In this document: piece by piece, positions 36,424-49,119 of the stretch
Layout of the letters: every line of letters starts with the position of its first letter
Position numbering within the stretch: position 1 is the stretch's first letter
Assembly (NCBI GenBank): GCA_002269645.1
Contig: NIVC01000293.1
Span: 186,001 to 250,000 of the forward strand
Source of the DNA: Macrostomum lignano
Lineage: Eukaryota
DNA: 64,000 nucleotides
Direction of reading: 5' to 3'
Position numbers and translations under genes: made by a program
Notes under the pieces: generated by a model
Seen by the model: the letters and a program-made list of their open reading frames with translations, nothing else
What the model was told of the DNA's origin: nothing
The model's database searches: none

Positions 36424-37117
36424 TGGTGCTGGCGCCCCTTGGTGCTGGCGCCCCTTGGTGCTGGCGCCCCTTGGTGCTGGCGCCCCTTGGTGCTGGCGCC
36501 CCTTGGTGCTGGCGCCCCTTGGTGCTGGCGCCCCTTGGTGCTGGCGCCCCTTGGTGCTGGCGCCCCTTGGTGCTGGCGCCCCTTGGTGCTGGCGCCCCTT
36601 GGTGCTGGCGCCCCTTGGTGCTGGCGCCCCTTGGTGCTGGCGCCCCTTGGTGCTGGCGCCCCTTGGTGCTGGCGCCCCTTGGTGCTGGCGCCCCTTGGTG
36701 CTGGCGCCCCTTGGTGCTGGCGCCCCTTGGTGCTGGCGCCCCTTGGTGCTGGCGCCCCTTGGTGCTGGCGCCCCTTGGTGCTGGCGCCCCTTGGTGCTGG
36801 CGCCCCTTGGTGCTGGCGCCCCTTGGTGCTGGCGCCCCTTGGTGCTGGCGCCCCTTGGTGCTGGCGCCCCTTGGTGCTGGCGCCCCTTGGTGCTGGCGCC
36901 CCTTGGTGCTGGCGCCCCTTGGTGCTGGCGCCCCTTGGTGCTGGCGCCCCTTGGTGCTGGCGCCCCTTGGTGCTGGCGCCCCTTGGTGCTGGCGCCCCTT
37001 GGTGCTGGCGCCCCTTGGTGCTGGCGCCCCTTGGTGCTGGCGCCCCTTGGTGCTGGCGCCCCTTGGTGCTGGCGCCCCTTGGTGCTGGCGCCCCTTGGTG
37101 CTGGCGCCCCTTGGTGT
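36424..37117. repeat. 16-bp minisatellite (GGTGCTGGCGCCCCTT), an inverted one-base-longer variant of the 15-bp family
   Basis: Perfectly homogeneous period 16; its reverse complement is AAGGGGCGCCAGCACC. Confidence 0.98.
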
Positions 37118-37531
37118 TAAAACCTCTTTTTGCTGGTGTCCTATAGGCTCACAATCGCACTTGAAGTGGCGCCCTACCGCTGGCACTCTTAACCGTGATA
37201 AAATCGTGTCTTCGAATTTGCAACTGAATAAGAAACCACGTATATTTGAGCACACTGCCGTCGCAAGGTGAAGCCTTGGCGGTTCTGAATTCCGCAAAAA
37301 TGAGTTGGCTGCTATAGACAGAACTCAGTTCCAGCTTGCAGTCAGGCAGGTAGAAAGATGAGACTTCCTGACAGTATCGATCCAATTTTTTTATGGCGAG
37401 TAGACACTGCAAGCTTGCGTACCGGCTGCAAGATACCTTGGCTCTCATTAAAAGCTGTGGTGAGATGAGATACTTGATACCTGTCAGTCATAGTCACGCA
37501 ATCCGCTTCGGTAGCACTTTTAGCTTGTTTA

Positions 37532-37970
<439 letters not shown>

Positions 37971-38282
37971 AACAAAGCATGTGAATAAGCACACGCCTTT
38001 TTTATAATAAATTATGCAGATAGTCAGCATTCTCATTGCACTTTTATTTCTAGCAAGAAACTTCTATTTCGAGAGCAAAATTCTATGAATTATTTCAATT
38101 TGCAGCAATTGTGCACAACGACATCATAATTAGGAAGGTGCTAGAAGAATGCAGCAAAAGTACAATGCAAGCTGACTAACTTTTATTAAAGTATCATTTT
38201 ACGAAACAAAGAAAAGCAAGTAACTATAGAGCGAAATAGTAAGATGGAGTCCTTGTTCGATGCCTGATAGTCTTTGTCTTAT

Positions 38283-38891
38283 TCACTGGTCACCCACGCT
38301 GGAGCCAAACAGCTGCCCGAAGACGCTGTCCCGGTCCTCTGTAAAGAAATAGTCGTTCATGCTGGCTATGTAAGATCGCCTGTCCAGGGTTTCCTCAAAC
38401 TCATCGCAGAGCAGCTCAAACAGAGGCTCGGAGAACTCCAAGGGCACATTGAAAGCCAGCAGAAGAGTCTGAGCTTCATCCAAAACCAAGCGATTGTCCC
38501 TGTTCGAGTCGCAGGCGGTGAACATGTCAGACCAACAGGACAGCCAGTCTTTCCTCAATTGAGCCGCAGAGGCTTCGTCTTTGAGTTTGGCTTCAAATTC
38601 TGACACGAAAACTTCCGGAACAATTTTCCCGTCACGCTGCATCATGCCGAGCAATCTCGTCAGGGCGTCTTTGAACAGCGCCTTGCTCTCCTCACTCAGC
38701 TTGTCTCGCATGAACTTCAGCCAGCCGTTGAAGGTGGCCAAAATCTTCTCCTGATCGCTCTTTGTTCCATTGTGCGTCAGTTTCTTCACGAACTCAACAC
38801 ACTTGGCTTTCTGCAGCGGCCCGACAGCCGGCTTTGGAAGGCTGTTGAGTATGGAGTCAAAGTCTTGCTGCTGCGGCTTCTGAGCGTCCAT
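38283..38891 (-). CDS. Intronless EF-hand protein, sarcoplasmic calcium-binding protein/calexcitin-like (202 aa)
   Basis: Complete ORF with GC-rich coding-like codons. EF loop DSNRDNRLVLDE preceded by WSDMFTAC. The C-terminal YFFTEDRDSVFGQLFG resembles the SCP/calexcitin tail. Confidence 0.75.
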   Translation of the reverse strand: MDAQKPQQQDFDSILNSLPKPAVGPLQKAKCVEFVKKLTHNGTKSDQEKILATFNGWLKFMRDKLSEESKALFKDALTRLLGMMQRDGKIVPEVFVSEFEAKLKDEASAAQLRKDWLSCWSDMFTACDSNRDNRLVLDEAQTLLLAFNVPLEFSEPLFELLCDEFEETLDRRSYIASMNDYFFTEDRDSVFGQLFGSSVGDQ

Positions 38892-39674
38892 CTGCTTAGA
38901 ATTGGCTCAGTCGCGGGTTTGGCGGTGAATTTTAGCAACTTGGCATCGCCGTTAACTGCAGAGCCTGTGTACTATAAGAACAGCATGACGGGGTTGCTGC
39001 ACTGGGTTGGGCTGAAATGATCTACCCCCAGTTAATATGCTGCAGCCAACCATCAACCCTTTGCTTTCTTTCTCTCTCTCTCTGGGTGTCCCTCTTCTCT
39101 CCCTGACGCCTGAGACTCAACTGTACAGCAGGTGAGGCACAATACTAATAATCTGGACTCATGCGGCTACTGAGTTACATCTACATTGACGAAGATTTGT
39201 GTGAAAGAAAAGAATGAAAGATCAACTGCAACGTGCTGTCTCGTGTCAGGTCACTCAACCATCAACTGAACGAAGTGGACGAAAAGTTTTTCTTTTCTGT
39301 CCATTTATTTTATTTTAAAAAGTCATTGAGTACATGAAGGGTAGAGGTAGGGGCTTTGAGTGCTGGCTGGTCCAAGGGGGTTGAGTCGTTGCCCCTAGCA
39401 ACCAGATAGAGCGGATCGGTGAAGGGTGAGAGACAGCTCTGCGAACGCACTATGCCAACAATAGATAGACTCAGAGCTGTGACATGAGGCCTGAGAGACA
39501 CTGTGGGGAGGGAGGCAAGAGACCGCACGGAGAAGACAAACCCCAACCCTTTTTTACTCAGTCTGTACCCTCCCCCAAAAGGTGTACGTACACTTGCCTG
39601 TCAAATTGCAGAAAATTTGCAGAAAGACATTCATTTCTGGACGAATGTTAAGAACTGTTATTGCTTTTTGCAAG

Positions 39675-40505
39675 GCGAAATTGGCGTTGATACCGATGTA
39701 CACATCATGGAGAAAGTGGAAGAATTCTTCAGAGAAACATCAGCATAGCGAAAGCAGCAATCAGTGCAGCACGCTGATCGTCCCTGCAACGGTGCCTCGA
39801 TGGAGTTTCCCAGCCGAGCTCATTCAACAGCAGCCTGCAGTTTCTAAGGACTCTTCGACACCGAAATGCCGTCAAGTAAAGCCGGCTTGGCCAGATGCTG
39901 CGGCAGTTCAAAAGCGTCTCGCTGACGGATTTGAACGTCTACTGAACACCCTGCTGATGCTTTTGAAGCCAACATTACGCACCTGTGAGGCGCCTGCGGC
40001 GCTCACCCGAGACGATCTGCTGTCGGTTGCGGAGCTTTCGTCCACCCAACTCGGCCTGACGAGGATCCGACGACGTCAGCTGAGCCGCCTTGCCGACGAG
40101 CTGTGGAATCTGCTGGTGAGCCTCACTGACGTGTCGGACTTGCAGGCGTTGAAGAGACCGACTGCTCCACTGCCCATCACTGCTGCATCGTTGCGCTCCG
40201 GTCTGAGCAGGCGAGTTCAAACCCGATTGGACTTTTTCACTCTGCGACGAAGTCTGTTGCGTCTGGCCGCCGATCTGTTCGCGCTGCTGTCCGAGCCAGG
40301 CGTGCCCGCGAATTGGCCGGCAAGGCTGCTTGAGGCTGTGCAGTTCTCGGAGTCGGTAAGCCCAGCCAGCGGTCTGCAGTTCGTCGAAGTTCGAACGGCT
40401 CTGGTCGATGCTTCTCGGTCAGAGGGAAACAGAGCGGGCACTCAGTTTGACGGCAGGTGGCAACGGGACACCTGGATGAGACTGGTGCACGCTCAGTTCT
40501 TCTAA
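39675..40505 (+). CDS. Probable terminal coding exon of an unidentified gene
   Basis: About 830-nt open frame, GC- and CpG-rich like true exons here, Leu/Ala/Arg helical composition, candidate TTTTTGCAAG acceptor at 39674. No recognisable domain; upstream exons unresolved. Confidence 0.5.
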   Translation, partial: AKLALIPMYTSWRKWKNSSEKHQHSESSNQCSTLIVPATVPRWSFPAELIQQQPAVSKDSSTPKCRQVKPAWPDAAAVQKRLADGFERLLNTLLMLLKPTLRTCEAPAALTRDDLLSVAELSSTQLGLTRIRRRQLSRLADELWNLLVSLTDVSDLQALKRPTAPLPITAASLRSGLSRRVQTRLDFFTLRRSLLRLAADLFALLSEPGVPANWPARLLEAVQFSESVSPASGLQFVEVRTALVDASRSEGNRAGTQFDGRWQRDTWMRLVHAQFF

Positions 40506-41854
40506 CCCGTGACAAGAATCGCTAAAGGGTCATTGCAAACAACTTAGTAGTGACTCTAGCGGCTCTGGGGCGACTCTTCTGACTTTTTAACGACTCAAAA
40601 GATTTTTAATGCGACTGAGAGGTGACCTCTGAGTCAAGGTCGTATCCCGCAAGTTTCAGAATTGTAAGAGTCGAAAAAAAAGTCGTCTAAAAGTTGTTGT
40701 ATAAGCGCTTGACTTTCTACTCAAGTAGACTACATAGTAGAGGTGCTAAAACTGACTTTTAGATGACTTTTACCGTGAGATCTCGTCCTTTTAGTTAGAG
40801 TCAGTTAATTCGTTTTTTCCTATTTTACCTGTGTTACCTGCAACGACTCTGATAGCTACCGTTTTCATCGGGTACCTTCTGGACTAAGCAATCATAATCA
40901 AAGTTCTGTTTAAAAATCCAACGAGCTGATCAAACGGAGCCGGTCTTAGTATTAGTTTTAAATGTGCCTTTAAAATGCTTTCAGTTCCAACTCGTGGCTC
41001 TGTATTGGTCTGTATTTGCACCTGTAGCTCTGTCCTGTAACCGAGAACTGTGCATTTTATTGAAAGAAATATTGAATTTTATATACGCTAATAGGGTTGT
41101 GTTTCATCGCTGTTCATAGTAGATTGGTGTACAATTTTTTACTTGATAACTAAGTAAACTTATAAGCGTTCTATTATATGTACTTTGGTCTCTGAAAATT
41201 TTGTCAATTTCTTTGAATTTGTTATTATGACTAATTGATGCCATTGATTTATGACTTTAGCTTGTAGGAAAAAAACGTAAAGAGTGCGTTAAAATTGAGT
41301 TTAATAGAAACAAAAGCCAAAAAAGACCGAGAAAGTCAACAGCCCCAACTTTTTCAGGTAGATAAAAATGAAAGATACAGGTATAGAACACTTTTTTTGC
41401 ATTTCCGTTACTCTAGGAAGTCTAGCTGCATGTAACTACTTACTTCAGTAGCTAAAAAGGACTTTTTGTCACTTTTTCAAGATTTTTACCGTAAAAACTA
41501 TAAGGCTAAGTTAAAAGTTACACAAAACGTAAAAAAAACTTCTGACCTGCCTATAAAAAATTTTGAGCTCTCATTTTGAATGGAAGCTGGCGAAGAAAAA
41601 GTCTAAAAACTGCATAGAAGTGACATCGATGGAAGCCAAAGCTTTAAAAAATTCACGATCCATAATCTGCTTTTCGTGTAAAGTGTACTTTGAATAAAAT
41701 TCACAAATGGCTACGTATCAAAGTAGCCATACAATAGCGTGAGCTTTCGTTTTACCGAGACTTCAGTTAGTTAACAAACAATGGAAATTTCCAAAAATTT
41801 AAATGAAGTAAGCAAATGATTTCCTAAACCGTAACTTTCTAAGAACTGTCCAGT

Positions 41855-42622
41855 TTGTGAAGGTTCTAGTTTGTGAAGGGTCTAGTTTGTGAAGGGTCTT
41901 GTTTAAGAAGGGTCTAGTTTTTAAAGGGTCTAGTGTGTGAAGGGTCTAGTTTTTAAAGGGTCTAGTTTGTGAATGGTCTATTTTGTGAAGGGTCTAGTTT
42001 GTGAATGGTCTAGTTTGTGAATGGTCTAGTTTGTGAAGGGTATAGTTTGTGAAGGGTCTAGTTTGTGAAGGGTCTAGTTTGTGAAGGGTCTAGTTGTGAA
42101 GGGTATAGTTTGTGAATGGTCTATTTTGTGAATGGCTAGTTTGTGAAGGGTCTATTTTGTGAATGGCTAGTTTGTGAAGGGTCTAGTTTGTGAAGGGTAT
42201 AGTTTGTGAATGGTCTATTTTGTGAAGGGTCTAGTTTGTGAATGGTCTAGTTTGTGAATGGTCTAGTTTGTGAAGGGTATAGTTTGTGAAGGGTCTATTT
42301 TGTGAATGGCTAGTTTGTGAAGGGTCTAGTTTGTGAAGGGTCTAGTTTGTGAAGGGTATAGTTTGTGAATGGTCTATTTTGTGAATGGCTAGTTTGTGAA
42401 GGGTCTAGTTTGTGAAGGGTCTAGTTTGTGAAGGGTCTAGTTTGTGAAGGGTCTAGTTTGTGAATGGCTAGTTTGTGAAGGGTATAGTTTGTGAAGGGTC
42501 TAGTTTGTGAATGGTCTATTTTGTGAATGGCTAGTTTGTGAAGGGTCTAGTTTGTGAAGGGTCTAGTTTGTGAAGGGTCTAGTTTGTAAATTGTTCATTT
42601 TGTGAACTGCATAGTTTGTGAA
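41855..42622. repeat. 16-bp minisatellite (GTTTGTGAAGGGTCTA)
   Basis: Visible tandem array just downstream of the synaptotagmin-like stop. Confidence 0.96.
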
Positions 42623-42647
42623 GCTCGAAAACAACAAAGAACAGTTC

Positions 42648-45600
42648 TCAATTGCTAGGCGGATTGAGCTTCAATTTCCACAACCTGCCGGTGCTTCTGC
42701 TGCCCTCGGACTCCAGCACGCCCCACACCTGCCGACAGTCCTCTCTCTGGCTTAGCCGGCTCAACTCCACCCAGCCAACCTGCCAACTCTTTCCCCGCCT
42801 GTTCACCAGCTTCACTATCACGCGAATAGCGGCGTCCTTGATGCTGGCGTCAGCTGGCAGGGAAAACGTGACCCTGTGCCGCCACTTTATCCGGATGGAG
42901 CCTCTGAGCTCCCCGGAGTGTCCTGAGTCTTGCTGGTCTCTCTACGTCTATCTCGAATCAGCAGCACAGCTTTGGCTCGAAATGTCAGCCGCTGTTTCGA
43001 ATGGCCGCCCTGGAAGACCGGCGGGACCGGCATCTTGCTGCAGTGGATTAGCCGGAGCCGGATTAGCCCGCGACCAGATCGGGCTAGCAGGTATCTGAGA
43101 CCGAACTTGATGCTGCCATGGGTTAGCTGCTTGGCTGGATCGAATACCTGGATTTGCGTGTTGGATAATCCTGTGTTATGTATACTGTTGGGGTGTATAT
43201 CCCTCGAAGAGAATCCCTGAAGATGAAAGCTGAGGAATCCTTTGCGAGAGTAGCTGGGGAATCCCTCGCGATATTAGTTTTGTGGAATCCCTTGCGATAG
43301 TAGTTGGGGAATCCCTTGCGATAGTAGTTGGGGAATCCCTTGCGATAGTAGTTGGGGAATCCCTTGCGATAGTAGTTGGGGAATCCCTTGCGATAGTAGT
43401 TGGGGAATCCCTCGCGATAGTAGTTAGGGAATCCCTTGCGATAGTAGTTGGGGAATCCCTTGCGATAGTACTTGGGGAATCCCTTGCGATAGTAGTTGGG
43501 GAATCCCTTGCGATAGTAGCTAGGGAATCCCTTGCGATAGTACTTGGGGAATCCCTTACGATAGTAGCTAGGGAATCCCTTGCGATAGTACTTGGGGAAT
43601 CCCTTGCGATAGTAGTTGGGGAATCCCTTGCGATAGTAGTTGGGGAATCCCTTACGATAGTAGTTAGGGAATCCCTTGCGATAGTAGTTAGAGAATCCCT
43701 CGCGATAGTAGTTGGGGAATCCCTCGCGATAGTAGTTAGGGAATCCCTTGCAATAGTAGTTAGGGAATCTCTCTCGATAGTAGATGGGAAATTCCTTGCG
43801 ATAGAAGTTCGGAAATCCCTCGCAATTTAAGCTGGAGAATCCCTCGCTGCAGTCGTTAGGGAATCCCTTGTTATAGTAGTTAGAGAATCCCTTGTTATAG
43901 TAGTTGGGGAATCCCTTGCGATAGTTGGGGAATCCCTCGCGATGGTAGACGACAAATCCATCGCAATAATAGTTAGGGAATTCCTCGAGATTGAAGTTGT
44001 GAAATCCCTCGCCATAGAAATTCGGAAATCCCTCATGATAGTAGTTGGGGATCCCCCAGCATAAGCTATTGGCACCTGCAAGCTTTTCCACATGGTCAGG
44101 CCGTACTGCAGCTCTCGCTGATCGAACTTGGACAGCAGCAAGACAGTCTCTCCCAGCGTGGACCGAAATCCGGTCGACTGCTCAACGTTGAGCACTCGAA
44201 AACGCAGTCGACTCGACCGGATATTGCCCGGCGGAAAGTTCTCAACTAGAAAGGTTTGCATCCACACTGGCTGGTTGCTACCCGGAACACAGCGAGTCTC
44301 AGCTGCCGGCAGGGCCTCTTCATTGTTGTCAGAGTTGAAGAAGATCTCACAGATCGGGTTGGACTCCACAGGGAAAGCGTCGGCGTGAGTCACCTGCTGT
44401 TGCGTCAGCAGCTGCTCCGCGCGCACCACGTGTAGGACCAGACGCTGGGCCGGCTCGTCGTATTGAACGCCCAGCAACAAACGCCCGTGCGAGCTGCTGC
44501 GCTCCTCTGCAAGATGGTGGCGTGGAGGATCACGCGTAAGCGCGCATGAAACAAGCGCGTAAGAAACAGACGCGCAAAAAATAGACGCGCAAAAAAACTG
44601 ACGCGCAAGAAACAGACGCGCAAGAAACAGATGCGCAAAAAACAGACGCGCAAAAAATAGACGCGCAAAAAAACTGACGCGCGAGAAACAGACGCGCAAG
44701 AAACAGGCGCAAAAAACAGACGCGCAAAAAACAGACGCGCAAAAAATAGACGCGCAAAAAAACTGACGCGCAAGAAACAGGCGCAAAAAACAGACGCGCA
44801 AAAAACAGACGCGCAAGAAACAGACGCGTAAGAAACAGACGCGCAAGAAACAGACGCGTAAGAAACAGACGCGCAAGAAACAGACGCGCAAGAAACAGAC
44901 GCGCAAGAAACAGACGCGCAAGAAACAGACGCGCAAGAAACAGACGCGCAAGAAACAGACGCGCAAGAAACAGACGCGCAAAAAATAGACGCGCAAAAAA
45001 ACTGACGCGCAAGAAACAGACGCGCAAGAAACAGATGCGCAAAAAACAGACGCGCAAAAAATAGACGCGCAAAAAAACTGACGCGCGAGAAACAGACGCG
45101 CAAGAAACAGGCGCAAAAAACAGACGCGCAAAAAACAGACGCGCAAAAAACAGACGCGCAAAAAAACTGACGCGCAAGAAACAGGCGCAAAAAACAGACG
45201 CGCAAAAAACAGACGCGCAAGAAACAGACGCGTAAGAAACAGACGCGCAAGAAACAGACGCGTAAGAAACAGACGCGCAAGAAACAGACGCGCAAGAAAC
45301 AGACGCGCAAGAAACAGACGCGCAAGAAACAGACGCGCAAGAAACAGACGCGCAAGAAACAGACGCGCAAGAAACAGACGCGCAAGAAACAGACGCGCAA
45401 GAAACAGACGCGCAAGAAACAGATGCGCAAGAAACAGACGCGCAAGAAACAGACGGGCAAGAAGCAGATGCGCAAAATACAAGCGCGCAAGGTACATGTA
45501 TGAGTACATAGTCTGCTTGTAGAAAGCTTCACACTGTCCTTCCAGTCGTACTGCAGCGATTAGTGATGCCATTACATCAATTATTGAAAGTATTATATCA

Positions 45601-46025
45601 GCCAGATAACCATTAGTAATCATTAGGCCAGAAACACATTTTAACTGTTCCCTGTGCAGTAGAAAAAAGCTTTTAACGTGCAAGCGACTCGATCCGTGGG
45701 CAACAAGTGGGACTTGACGCGTTTAGAAATTTTGCGAAGGATTGTAATCCACTTGTGAATGCATTGGCGATCAATAGATAGTTTTTATGCATTCCCATGC
45801 ACACATCCATTTGCTAAATGCTTTTCAGAAATTAACTCATCATTATTATTCTTGACTAACATAGGGGGTGTCAACATCAGTACCGGGATCGGAGCCCGGA
45901 GCGAAACACCAGACCAAACAGGCTCCGGTCGATCCAGCCGATGGCTAGAAACACTGAGACTGAGAACTAACTTACTAACTAACTGACTAACTAACGAACG
46001 AACTAACTAACTAACTAACTAACTG

Positions 46026-46056
<31 letters not shown>

Positions 46057-46057
46057 G

Positions 46058-46104
<47 letters not shown>

Positions 46105-46105
46105 G

Positions 46106-46201
<96 letters not shown>

Positions 46202-46217
46202 GCTAACTAACTAACTG

Positions 46218-46256
<39 letters not shown>

Positions 46257-46257
46257 G

Positions 46258-46292
<35 letters not shown>

Positions 46293-46329
46293 GACTAACT
46301 AACTAACTAACTAATTAACTAACTAACTG

Positions 46330-46360
<31 letters not shown>

Positions 46361-46361
46361 G

Positions 46362-46404
<43 letters not shown>

Positions 46405-46405
46405 G

Positions 46406-46468
<63 letters not shown>

Positions 46469-46469
46469 G

Positions 46470-46568
<99 letters not shown>

Positions 46569-46617
46569 GACTAACTAACTAACTAACCAAATAACTAACT
46601 AACTAACTAACTAACTG

Positions 46618-46680
<63 letters not shown>

Positions 46681-46681
46681 G

Positions 46682-46760
<79 letters not shown>

Positions 46761-46761
46761 G

Positions 46762-46828
<67 letters not shown>

Positions 46829-46833
46829 GACTG

Positions 46834-46904
<71 letters not shown>

Positions 46905-46905
46905 G

Positions 46906-46956
<51 letters not shown>

Positions 46957-47516
46957 GACTCACTAACTAACTAACTAACTAACTGACTAACTAACTATGT
47001 AAATAACTAACTAACTAACTAACTAACTAATTGACTCACTAACTAACTAACTAACTAGCTCTGTTAGTCAACCAGGTAAACCAAGGGTTATTCACCGTCG
47101 CAGGTCACCAGATGAAACTCTTCCATCACGGCCAGATGCAACGGTCTGCATGGGTTCAGTTTGGATCTGTCGAACTCAATGGTGAGAAACTCCGGCTGCT
47201 GGTGCTGATGGCAGAGTCGATGATGCAGCAGAGGCAGGGATGCTGCATCTGGTTGAACCAGTTCGACTTTGCTGTTCATAGCTGCCGCAGGAGATGGGAC
47301 CTGCCACTCAGGATAGATGAACACCAGATGTTCCTGGCCTGACTCTACTTGAGAAGATTCCGAGTTCCCCTTTGGGTGCCAGCCAGAGCAGCTGAAGTCC
47401 AGCCGAAACAGAGATGAGGCCAATAAAAGTGCAACAGAGGCGACGGTCAGGGCGCAGGCAAAAGCCAGCAGGGCAGCGGCCACCCCAGGCGACAGGAACA
47501 GCTGACTTGTTGGCAT
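42648..47516 (-). CDS. Synaptotagmin-like protein (N-terminal TM + two C2 domains). Exons 47096..47516, 44076..44506, 42648..43147; the last exon has an apparent 1-nt frameshift near 42911-42914
   Basis: Hydrophobic AAALLAFACALTVASVALLLASSLF. C2A: GRLLLGVQYD...LVLHVVRAEQL...NQPVWMQTF...LRFRV...LGE. C2B: GSIKFGLRY...IRLRLIHCSKM then, in a shifted frame, KWRHRVTFSLP...IRVIVKL...QVGWVEL...W. GT-AG phases are consistent. Confidence 0.75.
43250..44060. repeat. 24-bp minisatellite (GGGGAATCCCTTGCGATAGTAGTT) in synaptotagmin-like intron 2
   Basis: Visible period 24. Accounts for the KGFPNYYR / ESLAIVVG ORFs. Confidence 0.96.
44545..45490. repeat. 15-bp minisatellite (AAGAAACAGACGCGC) in synaptotagmin-like intron 1
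   Basis: Visible period of 14-16 bp. Confidence 0.96.
45965..47056. repeat. (ACTA)n microsatellite with CTGA interruptions
   Basis: About 1.1-kb tetranucleotide run. Confidence 0.99.
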
Positions 47517-48282
47517 GTCTGACTAAACAGAATTTCATTATTTGCACTCCCATAATGCATGAAAATGATCATTTATGCAACTCAAAATGAGCCCTATATC
47601 TCGGACTCAAAATCCCCCCGCAAATGCAGCAATAACAGTATGATTCCCGGATTTTTTACAAGGAGTTGGTCTTTAATGACAGGTAGTTATTAAAGGCTTC
47701 TACTCAAGTCTGTGTTGAATTAAGAACTGAGGTGAGAGAAGAATGCAGCAGACCAGGCAAAACATTGGGGTGCCATTGTTCATTGTCTTCATGGACTAAC
47801 AAACAATACCGCCACAGAGCTGACTCGCCCATGCTGAGTGACAGCTCTCAGTGAGGCTTGCAAACAAATTCTTTCTGACATGCGACAAGCTTTGAGAAAT
47901 TTATTTGACAACAACAGCTGCAGGTGCATATCAGAGAAAACATTTTGCTCATAGAAAAAGCTTTTAATTGTGGCAAATTTACTGATTGAAAAACATCGAA
48001 CTGAGTTTAGAATTCTAGTTAGATTTAACAAGAAAAGTTAGGCAGCTGTAGAAAAGTCTCAGAAGAAGTAAATGGAGTTCTCCGGCTTGCAGAAAATGAA
48101 AAAAATATTTCTTCATAACTAAAAGTTCTGCACGAACGAATGCAGCTAAGAGAGTCATGTTACGCTCGTTGATAATCAAATTTTGTTTGAACTCGTTGCC
48201 TGGGGCTCGTAGTTCGGCTCTAGTCGTAGTTTGTGTGTACACTACCCGAATATGGGTAATTAGGGGCTGAACTCTAACAAGC

Positions 48283-49114
<832 letters not shown>

Positions 49115-49119
49115 AGCAG

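Noticed and set aside
35429-37448. Cys-containing minus-strand ORFs (35429..35695, 37149..37448) faintly resembling PAN-type spacing
   Set aside because: I could not build a consistent spliced model and there is no clear motif. Left uncalled pending a homology search.
47789-48242. Two overlapping hydrophobic minus-strand ORFs
   Set aside because: No recognisable family and no coherent splice or frame connection.
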